Of a DNA stretch of 64,000 nt, positions 9,734 to 20,456 are shown piece by piece. The notes beneath the pieces are model-generated. The model saw nothing but the letters and a program-made list of their open reading frames with translations, made no database searches and was not told the origin of the DNA. The DNA comes from an uncultured Akkermansia sp. GTDB lineage: Bacteria > Verrucomicrobiota > Verrucomicrobiia > Verrucomicrobiales > V1-33. Numbering within the stretch: the first letter of the stretch is position 1; the number at the start of each line of letters is the position of its first letter. The position numbers and the translations under genes were made by a program. The stretch is taken from NCBI GenBank assembly GCA_964523105.1, contig CAZFZN010000012.1:103547-167546 (forward strand), in the 5' to 3' direction.

Positions 9734-11578
9734 ATGATTCGCCTGCTGTTCAGTTTTTTGCTTTTCTCCTCCGTCTTCGTGTCCGCGGCGGAGCGGCCGA
9801 ACGTGCTTTGGATCACCAGTGAGGACAACGGCCCGCAACTCGGATGCTACGGCGACCCGTTTGCGGACACTCCGAATCTGGACCGGCTGGCGGCGCGCGG
9901 GCTGCGCTACAACAAGGCGTGGAGCGTGGCCCCGGTCTGCGCACCGGCCCGCACCGCGATCATCACGGGCATTTATCCCTCGTCCTCGGGAGCGCTGCAC
10001 ATGCGGAGCGAAGTGCGGCTGCCGGAGTGCGTGAAGCTGTTTCCGGTATCGCTGCGGGAGGCGGGCTATTACTGCACCAACAACGCCAAGGAGGATTACA
10101 ATCTCGAGAACGCGGGCAAAGTGTGGGACGAGTCGTCAGGCAAAGCGCACTGGCGAAACCGCGCCGCCGGTCAGCCGTTCTTCGCCGTCTTCAATTTCAC
10201 CACCACTCACGAAAGCCAGGTGCGGAAGCGCCCGCACACCGCCGTGCACGACCCTGCCAAAGTGCCGCTGCCGCCCTACTGGCCGGATGTGCCGGAGGTG
10301 CGGCAGGACTGGGCGCAGTACCACGACAATATGACGCGCATGGACCGGCAGGCGGGCGATGTGCTCGACGCGCTGGAAAAGGACGGGCTCGCCGGGGACA
10401 CGATCGTTTTCTATTTCGGCGACCACGGTCCGGGCCTGCCGCGCTGCAAGCGGACGCCCTGCAATTCCGGCCTGCGCGTGCCGCTCATCGTGCATTTTCC
10501 TGACAAATGGCGGAAACTCGCTCCCCGCGGCTACGAAGCGGGCGGCGCGAGCGACCGGCTGGTGAGTTTTGTGGATTTGGCTCCAACCCTGCTGAGCCTG
10601 GCCGGGCTGCCGGTGCCCTCGTGGATGCAGGGCCGGGCGTTTGCCGGTCCGGCGGCCACACCCGATCCGGATTTCATCTACGGCATGCGGGACCGGATGG
10701 ACGAACGTTATGATCCCGTGCGGTCGGTCCGCGATCAGCGCTATGTTTATCTCAGGAATTATTTTCCGCACCGCCCGGCCGGCCAGCGCAATGCCTACAT
10801 GTTCGAGACCCCCACGACGCGGGTGTGGCACGAGCTTTTTCTGGCGGGCAAACTGAGCGGGGTGCAGAGTGCCTTCTGGCAGCCGCATCCGGCGGAGGAA
10901 CTCTACGATTTGGAATCCGATCCTCACGAGACGGTCAATCTGGCGACGGACGCCGCGCATCGCACGGCTTTGGAAAAACTGCGTGCAGCCCATGTGGCCC
11001 ACGAGCGCAGCGTGCGCGATGTCTGTCTGCTGCCGGAGGCGGAAATGCTGCGGCGCGCCGGCACCAGCGCACCCTACGACATGGGGCATGACGACAGCCG
11101 GTTTCCGCTCGAGGCGGTGCTGCGCACGGCGCAGCGTGCTTCTTCCCAGAATCCACGGGACCTCGGGGAATTGCGCGATGCCTTGAATGCCGCCGATCCC
11201 GCCGTGCGGTGGTGGGCGGTGATGGGGCACCTGATGCACGGACGCGAAGCGGTCGAGGCCGGCGCAGAGCGGCTCAGTGCGCGGCTCCGGGATGAGAACG
11301 CCAGCGTGCGCATCGCGGCGGCGGAAGTGCTGGCCAACTACGGACCGGAGCCCAATTCCGCGGTGGAGCAGCTCATCACGGCCTCCGATCTGCGGCAAAA
11401 CGATTACTACGACGTCGTGCGCGCGCTCAATGCGCTCGACGATCAGCGCGAAATGCTGACCCCGGCGCAGCGCAACCGGATTGCGGCTCTGCCCGGCACC
11501 CGGGCGGGACAGAGCAAGCGCACGGGAGATTACGTGATGCGTCTGCAGGAGCACATCGCCAGCGCGCAGGGGCAGTGA
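9734..11578 (+). CDS. Secreted sulfatase with C-terminal HEAT-like repeats
   Basis: Signal peptide MIRLLFSFLLFSSVFVSA; RPNVLWITSED, CAPAR, GDHG; tail DADPAVRWWA / DENASVRIAAAEVL. Start reassigned to ATG 9734. Confidence 0.92.
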   Translation: MIRLLFSFLLFSSVFVSAAERPNVLWITSEDNGPQLGCYGDPFADTPNLDRLAARGLRYNKAWSVAPVCAPARTAIITGIYPSSSGALHMRSEVRLPECVKLFPVSLREAGYYCTNNAKEDYNLENAGKVWDESSGKAHWRNRAAGQPFFAVFNFTTTHESQVRKRPHTAVHDPAKVPLPPYWPDVPEVRQDWAQYHDNMTRMDRQAGDVLDALEKDGLAGDTIVFYFGDHGPGLPRCKRTPCNSGLRVPLIVHFPDKWRKLAPRGYEAGGASDRLVSFVDLAPTLLSLAGLPVPSWMQGRAFAGPAATPDPDFIYGMRDRMDERYDPVRSVRDQRYVYLRNYFPHRPAGQRNAYMFETPTTRVWHELFLAGKLSGVQSAFWQPHPAEELYDLESDPHETVNLATDAAHRTALEKLRAAHVAHERSVRDVCLLPEAEMLRRAGTSAPYDMGHDDSRFPLEAVLRTAQRASSQNPRDLGELRDALNAADPAVRWWAVMGHLMHGREAVEAGAERLSARLRDENASVRIAAAEVLANYGPEPNSAVEQLITASDLRQNDYYDVVRALNALDDQREMLTPAQRNRIAALPGTRAGQSKRTGDYVMRLQEHIASAQGQ

Positions 11579-11683
11579 ACGGAGCTGCGCGGCGGATTAT
11601 GCCGCCGCAGGACGGTGCGTTTCAGCCCTGGCATTCTGCCGCGGAATGGATTTTAATGGCGGCCATTCCCACCGAACTCCTTC

Positions 11684-12994
11684 ATGGCCCGCCCCACTCA
11701 TCTCACCATGTGCTCCTTCTGCGGAAAGAGTCATTCTGAAGTTCGCAAGCTCATCGCCGGCCCCGGGGTTTACATCTGCGACACCTGCATCGGCGTCTGC
11801 AAAGACATCCTCGACAAGGAACTGGGCGGCGAGGAGGAGGAGCCGCTGCCGCCGCTGCCAAAACTGAACGTGCCGCGCCCCGGGGAAATTTTTCGGCACC
11901 TGGAGGATTACGTGATTGGACAGGAGCACGCCAAGAAGGTGCTCAGCGTGGCCGTGCACAACCACTATCGCCGCGTGCAGCAGAAGATGGAGGAGGATGA
12001 GCACGGCTCGCCGTTCCAGCGCGCGGCGCAGAAATACCCCGATGTCGAGATCGAGAAAAGCAACGTGCTCCTGCTCGGCCCCACCGGATGCGGCAAGACA
12101 CTGCTGGCCCGCACCCTCGCGCGCATGCTCGGCGTGCCGTTTTCCATCGCGGACGCCACGACCCTGACGGAAGCGGGCTACGTCGGTGAAGATGTCGAGA
12201 ACATCATCCTGCGGCTGCTCCAGGCATCGGATTACGACGTGCGGCGCGCTGAGATGGGCATTGTGTACATCGATGAAATCGACAAGATAGGCAGAAAGTC
12301 GGACAATGTCAGCATCACGCGCGACGTGAGCGGCGAAGGCGTGCAGCAGGCGCTGCTGAAAATTCTTGAAGGCACGGTCTGCAATGTGCCGCCGCAGGGC
12401 GGCCGCAAGCATCCGCAGCAGGAGTACATCCAGGTGAACACGCAGCACATCCTCTTCATCTGCGGCGGCGCTTTCACCGGGCTGGAGCAGATCATCAACC
12501 GCCGCGTGGGCCGCAACATCATGGGATTCGCGCACATGGAGGAAAACCGCGCCCGGGCCGCGGAAATGCGTGACTGCGCCATTCTGCGCAAGGTGCAGCC
12601 GGAGGATCTCGTCAGTTTCGGACTCATTCCGGAATTCATCGGGCGCCTCCCCGTCTTCAGCACCCTCGAACCGCTCACCGAAGAGGATCTCGTGCGCGTG
12701 CTCACCGAGCCGAAGAACTCCCTCATCCGCCAGTACAACAAAATGCTGTCGCTCGACGGCGTGGAACTTCAGGTGACGAGGGATGGACTCCAGGCCATTG
12801 CCGCCGCCGCCATCAAGCGCGGCACCGGAGCGCGCGGACTTCGTTCCATTTTCGAGGAACTCATGCTTGATGTGATGTTCGAGATCCCGGGCCGCGAGGA
12901 TGTGAAGAGCGTCGTCATCAACCGCGCGGTGGTCGAATCCGGACGCGCGCCGGTGGTGAAGCGCATCAAGCGCCGCACCGCGGATGCCGCGTAG
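11684..12994 (+). CDS. clpX: ATP-dependent Clp protease ATP-binding subunit ClpX
   Basis: [19 protein letters not shown] zinc domain, [38 protein letters not shown]. Confidence 0.98.
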   Translation: MARPTHLTMCSFCGKSHSEVRKLIAGPGVYICDTCIGVCKDILDKELGGEEEEPLPPLPKLNVPRPGEIFRHLEDYVIGQEHAKKVLSVAVHNHYRRVQQKMEEDEHGSPFQRAAQKYPDVEIEKSNVLLLGPTGCGKTLLARTLARMLGVPFSIADATTLTEAGYVGEDVENIILRLLQASDYDVRRAEMGIVYIDEIDKIGRKSDNVSITRDVSGEGVQQALLKILEGTVCNVPPQGGRKHPQQEYIQVNTQHILFICGGAFTGLEQIINRRVGRNIMGFAHMEENRARAAEMRDCAILRKVQPEDLVSFGLIPEFIGRLPVFSTLEPLTEEDLVRVLTEPKNSLIRQYNKMLSLDGVELQVTRDGLQAIAAAAIKRGTGARGLRSIFEELMLDVMFEIPGREDVKSVVINRAVVESGRAPVVKRIKRRTADAA

Positions 12995-13021
12995 TCTGCT
13001 GCCTCGCGCAGGGCGCGCGGA

Positions 13022-13885
13022 TCAGCGGTCTTCCGCAGAACACTGCGGCCAGCCGTCTTCACTCCATGTCAGGGGCACCATGCGCAGACGGCTGCGGCCG
13101 TTGAACTCGCGGTCGTAGTAGTGGTGCACCAGCCATTGCCTGCCGTGCTGTTCGTAAATGGAAGCGCGCCCCGGGCCGATCCAGCGGTCTTCACTGGCCA
13201 GCACCAGTTGCCGCCGCGCTCCCGCAGGCCGGTGCCGTTTTTGTCAACGCAGGGGCCGGTGATGGAACGGTTTCGCCCTGCACGGATTTCACAGGTGCTG
13301 TTCATGCCGCGGCAGCACAGGCCCCAGTTCAGAGAGAGATAGTAATAACCGCCGTGCCTGCAGAGAAACGGCGCCTCGATCTCCGGTGCGGACGCGAGAT
13401 GCACCGGTGCCTCCCGGGGATTCCTGAGCAGACCGGAGGCGGGTTCGAACTCGACCAGAAAATGCCGTCCCGGAAGGAGCCGAACGTCATCCACAGTCTT
13501 TCGTCGCCGCGGAACACCGCGGGGTCGATGGCCGGCGAGTTCTTTCCAAAGGTCCAGACGGAGTAATAAACGAACCACTTGTCGCCCGCGCGAATCACAT
13601 CCGGCGCCCACAGGTGGCCGCGGTTGCCGGGAATTTTCCCTCCTCGAAGACACGTCCTTCGCGCAGCCATTTGCCGTCGCGTTCCCGCATCAGGGAGACA
13701 CCCGCCCCTGTGTTGAAGAAACGCCGCACGCCGTCGACGGTGATGAGAGTGGACGGATCGTGAACCTTCTCCGCGTCGCGCTGACGAAACGGCGCGCCCT
13801 GCGCAGGCGGGCTTTCCTGGGCGCGGCAAACAGAGACCACTGGCAGGATGCAGAGGCAGAAGGCGAGGTGCCGGGGGAGTTGCAT
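13022..13885 (-). pseudogene. Frameshifted GH43 arabinan endo-1,5-alpha-L-arabinosidase-like gene
   Basis: Consecutive GH43 motifs in different frames: signal peptide + VHDPST; LWAPDVI..YYSV..AIDPAVF..WMTFGSF; IEAPFL..GYYYL..GLCCRG; WIGPG..LVHHYYD..LTWSEDGWP. Confidence 0.85.
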
Positions 13886-14034
13886 GCGGTCAGGCGGGGC
13901 GTCTCCGCGCGGCGGGTAATCCGGCGGTAGTGACGGGATGCCGTGACTGCGAACGTCCGCCTGCAGGGCGCGGTGCGGCATGCGAACTTCAGGCGCCGGC
14001 CGGTGCATCAAGCAAAGCAGAGTGCTGAGGAGGA

Positions 14035-14158
14035 GAACCGCGGATGGACACTTGATAAACCCGGAGCTGCGAATGAAGCCGGATTCACTCATGGAAAGAA
14101 ACTCTCTGTGGCCACAACCTGCTGAGCATTGGTGATGATCCGAGTCCGTCCGTGGTTC
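14035..14158. repeat. REP-like imperfect palindromic element
   Basis: Left arm GAACCGCGGATGGAC (14035-14049) matches the reverse complement of GTCCGTCCGTGGTTC (14144-14158) at 13/15 positions. Confidence 0.7.
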
Positions 14159-14246
14159 AAATTCCTGAAAAAGAAAATAGAGAGGAGGCCAACCGCAGCC
14201 GACCGAAGGAAGACAGGCGAACATTTCATCTTAACTGATGAGCCAA

Positions 14247-14360
14247 ATGGACACTGATTCACACGGATTTACGCATGATTTCGGATTCATTCCCCGGAGG
14301 AGGATTCACGTGAACACAACTTGCTGGGTATCCGTGATCATCCAGGTCCATCCGTGGTTC
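14247..14360. repeat. Second REP-like palindromic element of the same family
   Basis: ATGGACACTGATTCACACGGAT (14247-14268) faces ATCCGTGATCATCCAGGTCCATCCGTGGTTC (14330-14360). Confidence 0.65.
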
Positions 14361-14393
14361 TATTTCCCTTTTAAGGTTAATTCCTTCTGATGT

Positions 14394-17300
14394 TCATTTC
14401 GATTTCGGGTCTTCCTCTGCCTCAAGCCGCTTCCAGTAGTTATTCTGATCCCAGTTGATTCGATTTGCATCCCCGGAAACCTCGCCGGATTTCAGGGCGT
14501 TGCGACGGCCGTCCTTGAAGTGTTCGATGTTGATCACACGGCCGCGCAACCTTCCCTCAGCTCTTGTCCAATGGCGTTTGACGAGTTCGTTGAGGCCGTC
14601 CGCCTCCACCTTGTGGCCCTGGTGGCGGATCGTGATTTCGCCGCCGTTCATATCCATCCAGCGGCCGCTGAGATCAAAGCCCGGGTATTTTTCACCGGGA
14701 GCCGGTGGCGCGGGGAATGGCGTGCCTTTCTCTCCAAACCTTCCGCCGACGATCAGCTTCAGCCGCTCGGCATCCAGGGCTGCGCGATGCAAAGTGAAGG
14801 CGTCGATCATGCCGGTGAACTGGGCCGGCTGCATGCCCGCGGGGTCATCCGGGGAGTGACGCGATTTGCCGAGGACGGTGCCGACGGCGGCGGGCTGGCG
14901 CGGTTCGTGGAGTTGCTTTCCCATTCCACTGCCGGCTATGGTTCCGTTGAGGAAGAGACGCAGCGCATTATTTTGATCGGCGGCGGCCGCGTCGAGGGCG
15001 AGTGCGACATGGTACCACTCGCCGGACTTTATGCCGGGCGCGCTGAGCCACGTCATCCACCGCTTTTCCGCATCCTCCGCACTGTCATCCCATGCTCCCG
15101 CACGCAGCGTGCTTCCCTGCAGGTAGATGCACGAGCCGGTGGTGGATCCTCCATCGTCCCAGAGGGTTCTTCCATGGGTCGTGTCATCGGTACCATCAGC
15201 CTTGAACCAGAAGGCGATGGTGAAGCTTGGTTTCCACAGGCGCGGATGGGAAGGAAGCTGGAAGCCCGCCCGCTCGCCCTCCACTCGCATCGCCCCTTCT
15301 CCTTCGATGCCAGGCTCCGCACCGACATCCGGACTCCCAAGAGTCGGTCCCGCGTAGGACATGTCAATCCTGCCGGGCAAATTCTGAAACCCGGAGCGCG
15401 CTGCATCCAGTTCCCGGCCCTGCACCCTATTGGGCATCACCGTTTCATCGAGGTCCCAGAGCACGGCACTTGCCGACGGGTGATATTCGATGGCGGGAGG
15501 CAGTTCCCGTGATACCACAAGCTGTCCGGGGTAAGCCTGGACAGCGAGTGCAGTGATCCGCATCTTCCCGCCGGAGACGCCGATGCCCATCGCTCCTGGC
15601 GGGACCGGGCAATCTGCGGGTCTGGCAAGGTCCGCGGGGTCGCCAGTCCATTTCAACCTTTCTTGGAGCGGGATCCGGCTGGTTTGGTTGCCGCTTTTCC
15701 TGGTAATGAGGAAGGCGGCGCCGAGTTTGCCGTCGCTGACCATCACCTGAACGCGAAACGGGATGCCCTTTTCGAACGACGGGATATCGACTCCTTCATC
15801 GCTGCCGCCGACGGCGTGGTTGGCCACGCTCGCACGGCCCTTCCTCCCGCCATCAAAACGAAGGAGGGCCGCCGAATCCTTGATCGGCACCAGGGCTTCT
15901 ACAACACCTGTGGCGTCCGCCGACGGGACGAACTCCAGGGTGAATATATAGTCGCCCCCGGGCAGGACGGGCAATGCGAGCCACGCTCTCGAATCGTCAG
16001 CTGTTTCAATTTCGCCGGTCGTGGTGTCGAGTTGCCATTTGCCGCCGAGGCCGTCCTTTTTGTGATCGATGAGGCTAAGGACATCGAGTTCCGAATCCTG
16101 CTCCCGTCTTCCCATCATGTTCGCGAACAGGTCCTTCTTTTTCGGGCGGGTTGAACCCGAGACATTAGGAGGCGGATCGGTGAGGCGCAGCGTCCCCTTC
16201 CGGGAAATGGTCGAACCGTCGCTCCCAAGGACTTCGACTTCGAAAGGAGCCTCGATGGGTTCGGAGCCATAGGATTTCACGCTCAGTTCGCTGATGCCTT
16301 CGAGATTGAGTTCAAGGTTGTGGCGTTCGCTGAAGAGGACCGGCAAACCGGTTGGCACGCCTTCGACTTTTTCGAACCGCTCGTTGTCGCCCCGTCGGGC
16401 CAACATGGTTTTGGTTTTCCCGCTTTCCTTCCCGACCGCCAGGATTCCCGAGAGCAGGATCTGGCGGTCGCCGATCTTAACCGGGCGGTCGTCAACATTG
16501 GCAATGACGGTCGCGTCCGGGAGCTTTGCCTCAATCCTCAGGCGGAGCGGTGGTGCGCCGGCCGGCTTCTCGATCAGCGGAGCCGACACGCGGAAACGGC
16601 CGTTCTGCAGCGAGGCCGGGAACGAGCGGCGTTTCCCGCCCGGTCCGCCGATATGCAGGGTGACCACGGTCTTGTCAGGAAGTCGGGCGGTAGGCAGCAG
16701 TTCAATTTCGAAAGCCTGGCTGGCGTAGCGCTCGCTGAATGGAACATTGGCCGGGTACAGGGCGATGACCGGTCCGCTAACAAGTGCCATGACCCGATCG
16801 GCCGGGATGGCAAAGTTGATGCCGGCCCCCCTGACGCTTGAGACAACTACTCCCACCACCGATCCGTCGGGGGTAATCATCGGGCCGCCTGAGTTGCCGG
16901 GATTGGTAGAGGCATCATACTGAATTTGAGTAAGGCGCTCGCGGCTCCTCTCGAGACGGCTGATCTTGCCGCTGTTGATGCTGATCGATGGATAGTCCTG
17001 GCCGTCTGCCGCCAACCGCTGGCCGAACGGGTATCCCAGCACGGCGATGGGTGACAGCTCCGCCAGTTTCGCGTCCCGGGCGCTTTTCAGTTCCAGGGGT
17101 TCGATCGGGATATCCGACTCCGTCTTCAGGAGGGCCAGGTCGTCGTCCTCCGAGACGAGCGCAATCCTGGCCTCGATGACTTTCTCCTCATCCTCGCCCG
17201 AGTGGAGAACCAGCTTGACCGGCTCTCCGGAAGGCACGCTTTCAATCACGTGGCGATTCGTAACGAAGAGGCCGCAGCGATGGATCAGAAAGGCACTGCC

Positions 17301-17462
17301 GCTTCCACCCCGGCCCGCATCGACAAGCACCGTCGCCGCCTTGGATCGCTTTACCGTGGCTGGAGCAATTTCGGCAGCGTTTCCGGATGAGGTGGCGAGG
17401 GGCACGGCCGGAATCATCAACAAGAGACAGGACGCAAGTCTGTGGGAGCGCGAATTCCTCAT
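14394..17462 (-). CDS. Secreted trypsin-like (S1) serine protease with C-terminal LamG/ConA-like domain
   Basis: Signal peptide; triad TNRHVI, DDLALLK, NPGNSGGP; LamG-like FTIAFWFKAD...WYHVAL..LRLFLNG. Confidence 0.85.
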   Translation of the reverse strand: MRNSRSHRLASCLLLMIPAVPLATSSGNAAEIAPATVKRSKAATVLVDAGRGGSGSAFLIHRCGLFVTNRHVIESVPSGEPVKLVLHSGEDEEKVIEARIALVSEDDDLALLKTESDIPIEPLELKSARDAKLAELSPIAVLGYPFGQRLAADGQDYPSISINSGKISRLERSRERLTQIQYDASTNPGNSGGPMITPDGSVVGVVVSSVRGAGINFAIPADRVMALVSGPVIALYPANVPFSERYASQAFEIELLPTARLPDKTVVTLHIGGPGGKRRSFPASLQNGRFRVSAPLIEKPAGAPPLRLRIEAKLPDATVIANVDDRPVKIGDRQILLSGILAVGKESGKTKTMLARRGDNERFEKVEGVPTGLPVLFSERHNLELNLEGISELSVKSYGSEPIEAPFEVEVLGSDGSTISRKGTLRLTDPPPNVSGSTRPKKKDLFANMMGRREQDSELDVLSLIDHKKDGLGGKWQLDTTTGEIETADDSRAWLALPVLPGGDYIFTLEFVPSADATGVVEALVPIKDSAALLRFDGGRKGRASVANHAVGGSDEGVDIPSFEKGIPFRVQVMVSDGKLGAAFLITRKSGNQTSRIPLQERLKWTGDPADLARPADCPVPPGAMGIGVSGGKMRITALAVQAYPGQLVVSRELPPAIEYHPSASAVLWDLDETVMPNRVQGRELDAARSGFQNLPGRIDMSYAGPTLGSPDVGAEPGIEGEGAMRVEGERAGFQLPSHPRLWKPSFTIAFWFKADGTDDTTHGRTLWDDGGSTTGSCIYLQGSTLRAGAWDDSAEDAEKRWMTWLSAPGIKSGEWYHVALALDAAAADQNNALRLFLNGTIAGSGMGKQLHEPRQPAAVGTVLGKSRHSPDDPAGMQPAQFTGMIDAFTLHRAALDAERLKLIVGGRFGEKGTPFPAPPAPGEKYPGFDLSGRWMDMNGGEITIRHQGHKVEADGLNELVKRHWTRAEGRLRGRVINIEHFKDGRRNALKSGEVSGDANRINWDQNNYWKRLEAEEDPKSK

Positions 17463-17599
17463 TCCGCCTGACTGGCAGGCCGCAATGATCCCGTCAATAA
17501 TAATATTTGGCAGCGGCCTCCTGCGGTTCAGGTAGTGGAGGAATAACTGAATCCGGAAAGCGGGAGATCAGCTTGTTCCCCGCAGGCTTTGGCAGGGTA

Positions 17600-19858
17600 T
17601 CAGGCGAGCGACACCGGGTCCACGTCCACAATGACGAAGACATCCGGCGGGAGTTTGGTGCTGCGAACGGCTTCCTTTATGTAATTGGTCAGGGTGCTGG
17701 TGTGGCGGGCGCGGAGGAGGACCTGGTAGCGGTACTGTCCGTGGCTGCGTTCCAGCGGGCTGGGCACCGGGTCGCCCATGAGGACGCCTTCGGGCAGGGC
17801 GGCGGCGAGTTTTTTGTGCAGGGTCTCCAGAGAGAACTCGGCGCGGCGCTGGTGTTCGCTGCGGCAGGTGATGAGCACGGCGTGGCCGTAGGGCGGATAG
17901 CCGCACTGCCGGCGGATTTCGAGTTCCTGTTCGGCGAAGGATTCGAAGTCGTGGCCGCGGGCATACTGGATGGCCGGGGAGTGCGGCGAAAACGTCTGGA
18001 TGACGACTTCGCCGAGCAGTTCGCCGCGCCCGGCGCGTCCGGCGACTTGTGTCAGGAGGGAGAAGGTGCGCTCGCCGGCGCGGAAGTCAGGGAGGTTGAG
18101 CGAGAGGTCGGCATTGAGCACGCCGACGAGGGTGACGGACGGAAAGTGCAGTCCGCGGGCGATCATTTGCGTGCCGACGAGGATGTCGATCTGCCGCGCC
18201 TGGAAGGCGTGGAAGGTTTCGCGGAGCTGGTGCTTTTGCTTCATGGCATCGGTGTCCATGCGGGCGATGCGGGCCTTGGGAAAAACGGTGCGCAGGGTTT
18301 CCTCCACGCGCTGGGTGCCGAATCCGGCGAAGAGAATCCCGGGGTCTTTGCATTCCGGGCAAAGTCGCGGCGGCACGCGCTGAAAGCCGCAGATGTGGCA
18401 GACGAGCCGGTCCAGCTCCTTGTGCATGGTCATGCTGACGCTGCAGTGATTGCACTTCACGACATGCCCGCAGGCCTGACACTGCACGCTGCCGGCGAAG
18501 CCGCGCCGGTTGAGAAAGAGAATGGTCTGCTCGCCGCGGTCGAGGCGCTTGCTGATGCCGATGCGGAGCTGCTCGCTGAGAATGGCGGGCGCGCCTTTGC
18601 CGCCGCGGCGCTTTTCGAGGCGCATGTCCACCACACGGACGAGCGGGAGTTTCGCATCGTCGGCGCGTTCGGTGAGGGTGACGAGGGTGTACTTGCCCCG
18701 CTGCGCATTGTGCCATGACTCCAGCGCCGGCGTGGCGCTGCCGAGCACGATGGCACAGGGTTCCATGGTGGCGCGCACGATGGCGACATCGCGCGCCTGA
18801 TAGCGCAGTTCGTTCTCCTGCTTGTAGCTGGTCTCGTGCTCTTCATCCACGATGATGAGGCCGAGGTTTTCCATGGGCGCGAAGACGGCGTTGCGGGTGC
18901 CGATGACGATGCGCGCCTGCCGTCGCAGCACGCGCTGCCAGCCGTCGAACCGCTCGCCCTGCGTGAGCTGCGAGTGCAGCACCGCCACTTCCTGCTGCAG
19001 GTGCGCGAAGCGGCTTTTGAAGCGGTCCACTGTTTGCGGCGTCAGGGAAATGCCAGGGACCAGCACGAGCACGCAGCGCCCGCTGTCGAGCACGCGCTGC
19101 GCGGCCTGGAGATAGACTTCGGTCTTGCCGCTGCCGGTGACGCCGTAGAGCAGCACGGGTTTGCTTTCCTGCGGATGCTCCACGGCGTGGAGAATGGTCT
19201 GCAGCGCCTCCTGCTGCTCAACATTCAAAGTGAGCGGCGCTGTGGGGAGAAATTCCTCGTCGCCATAGGGATCGCGCACCACCTGCTCCTCCTCTACGAC
19301 GACCCAGGGGGTTTTGGTGAGGGCTTTGAGCGACGGCGCCGGAAACGAGGACGCCGGCTGCGGCTCGCCGGCGGCGCGGAGAGTTTCGATGATCTCCGCC
19401 TGACGCTTCGCTTTCTTCTGCAGCTTCTCCATTTCCTCCGCCGGCGGTTCGGCGACGAGCCGGACGACGCGCTTCACCTTGTCCTGATGTTTGTCAGTGA
19501 GCACCGACTCCGGCAGCATGTAGCGCCGCACGGTATGCAGCGAGACGGCGTAGTAGTTGCTGATCCACTGGCCGAGTTTCAGCACCACCGGTGTGAGTTG
19601 CGGACGTTCGTCGTAGAGTTTCGCCAGGGGGCGCAGGCGCTGCGATTCGAGGTTTGCGGCGGGCATGACTTCCATCACGGTGCCCTGCTGGAACCGGTGC
19701 CGCAGCGGGACGAGCACGCGCGAGCCGGCGGCGACTTTGCCCTCCATCGCGGGGGGCACGGCGTAGTCGAATTCACGGTCTCCCGCGCCGTCGAGCAGGA
19801 CTCGCGCCGCCGTCATCGGGCGCGCGGATTCGTCAGGCGGGAGGAGTTCGGCTTGCAT
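17600..19858 (-). CDS. priA: Primosomal protein N' (replication restart helicase)
   Basis: GVTGSGKTEVY, IIVDEEHE, LGSATP, LNRRG, CQAC..CNHC..CHIC..CPEC, GTQRVEE, QVAGRAGR. Start reassigned to ATG 19858. Confidence 0.97.
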   Translation of the reverse strand: MQAELLPPDESARPMTAARVLLDGAGDREFDYAVPPAMEGKVAAGSRVLVPLRHRFQQGTVMEVMPAANLESQRLRPLAKLYDERPQLTPVVLKLGQWISNYYAVSLHTVRRYMLPESVLTDKHQDKVKRVVRLVAEPPAEEMEKLQKKAKRQAEIIETLRAAGEPQPASSFPAPSLKALTKTPWVVVEEEQVVRDPYGDEEFLPTAPLTLNVEQQEALQTILHAVEHPQESKPVLLYGVTGSGKTEVYLQAAQRVLDSGRCVLVLVPGISLTPQTVDRFKSRFAHLQQEVAVLHSQLTQGERFDGWQRVLRRQARIVIGTRNAVFAPMENLGLIIVDEEHETSYKQENELRYQARDVAIVRATMEPCAIVLGSATPALESWHNAQRGKYTLVTLTERADDAKLPLVRVVDMRLEKRRGGKGAPAILSEQLRIGISKRLDRGEQTILFLNRRGFAGSVQCQACGHVVKCNHCSVSMTMHKELDRLVCHICGFQRVPPRLCPECKDPGILFAGFGTQRVEETLRTVFPKARIARMDTDAMKQKHQLRETFHAFQARQIDILVGTQMIARGLHFPSVTLVGVLNADLSLNLPDFRAGERTFSLLTQVAGRAGRGELLGEVVIQTFSPHSPAIQYARGHDFESFAEQELEIRRQCGYPPYGHAVLITCRSEHQRRAEFSLETLHKKLAAALPEGVLMGDPVPSPLERSHGQYRYQVLLRARHTSTLTNYIKEAVRSTKLPPDVFVIVDVDPVSLA

Positions 19859-19915
19859 CGTTGCCGCGCAGAGTAGCGGCGGGGGAGAAATGACAAGGCG
19901 CAGCGGCACGCCGCA

Positions 19916-20335
19916 TCATTCGAGCCGCGGGGCGTCGCTCCAGAGGTCTTCGAGGGCGTAGAAGGCGCGCTTTTCGGCATGGAAAATGTGGACCACGACA
20001 TCGCCGAAATCGAGCAGCATCCAGCCGCTGTCAGGCGAACCGTGGCTGGCGTAGGGCTTGATTTTATGCTCCTCGCGGAGCCGGTCGGTGATCTCATTGC
20101 GGATCGCCCGCAGGTGGGGCAGGGACGAGCCGTCGCAGATGACGAGAAAGTCGGCGACCATGCTGATGTTCCGCACGTCGAGGATGACGATGTTTTCGGC
20201 CTTTTTGTCGCCGGCGAGGGCGGCGGCGGCGCGCGCGAGACGTTCGCCTTCCGGCGGGCCGGACGGGACGGGTTCGGCTTTACGGGGCTGGCGCGGTTTG
20301 CGGGCTGCGGGGGGAGCTTTCTTCTTGGCAGGCAT
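19916..20335 (-). CDS. rsfS: Ribosome silencing factor
   Basis: DKKAENIVILDV, ADFLVICDG, WMLLDFGDVVVHIF, YALEDLWSDAP. Confidence 0.95.
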   Translation of the reverse strand: MPAKKKAPPAARKPRQPRKAEPVPSGPPEGERLARAAAALAGDKKAENIVILDVRNISMVADFLVICDGSSLPHLRAIRNEITDRLREEHKIKPYASHGSPDSGWMLLDFGDVVVHIFHAEKRAFYALEDLWSDAPRLE

Positions 20336-20456
20336 GGGGCGGGGAGCGTGTAACGGGATGCGGGCGGTTTGCCACGGATTTTTGCGCGGGCGGCGGGGCG
20401 ACCGGGATGGAAAAAATCCGGCGGCACGCGGCGAATCGCGGGTTATGCATCCGGAC

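Noticed and set aside
11684-12994. clpX without adjacent clpP
   Set aside because: Separation of clpX and clpP is common and not informative alone.
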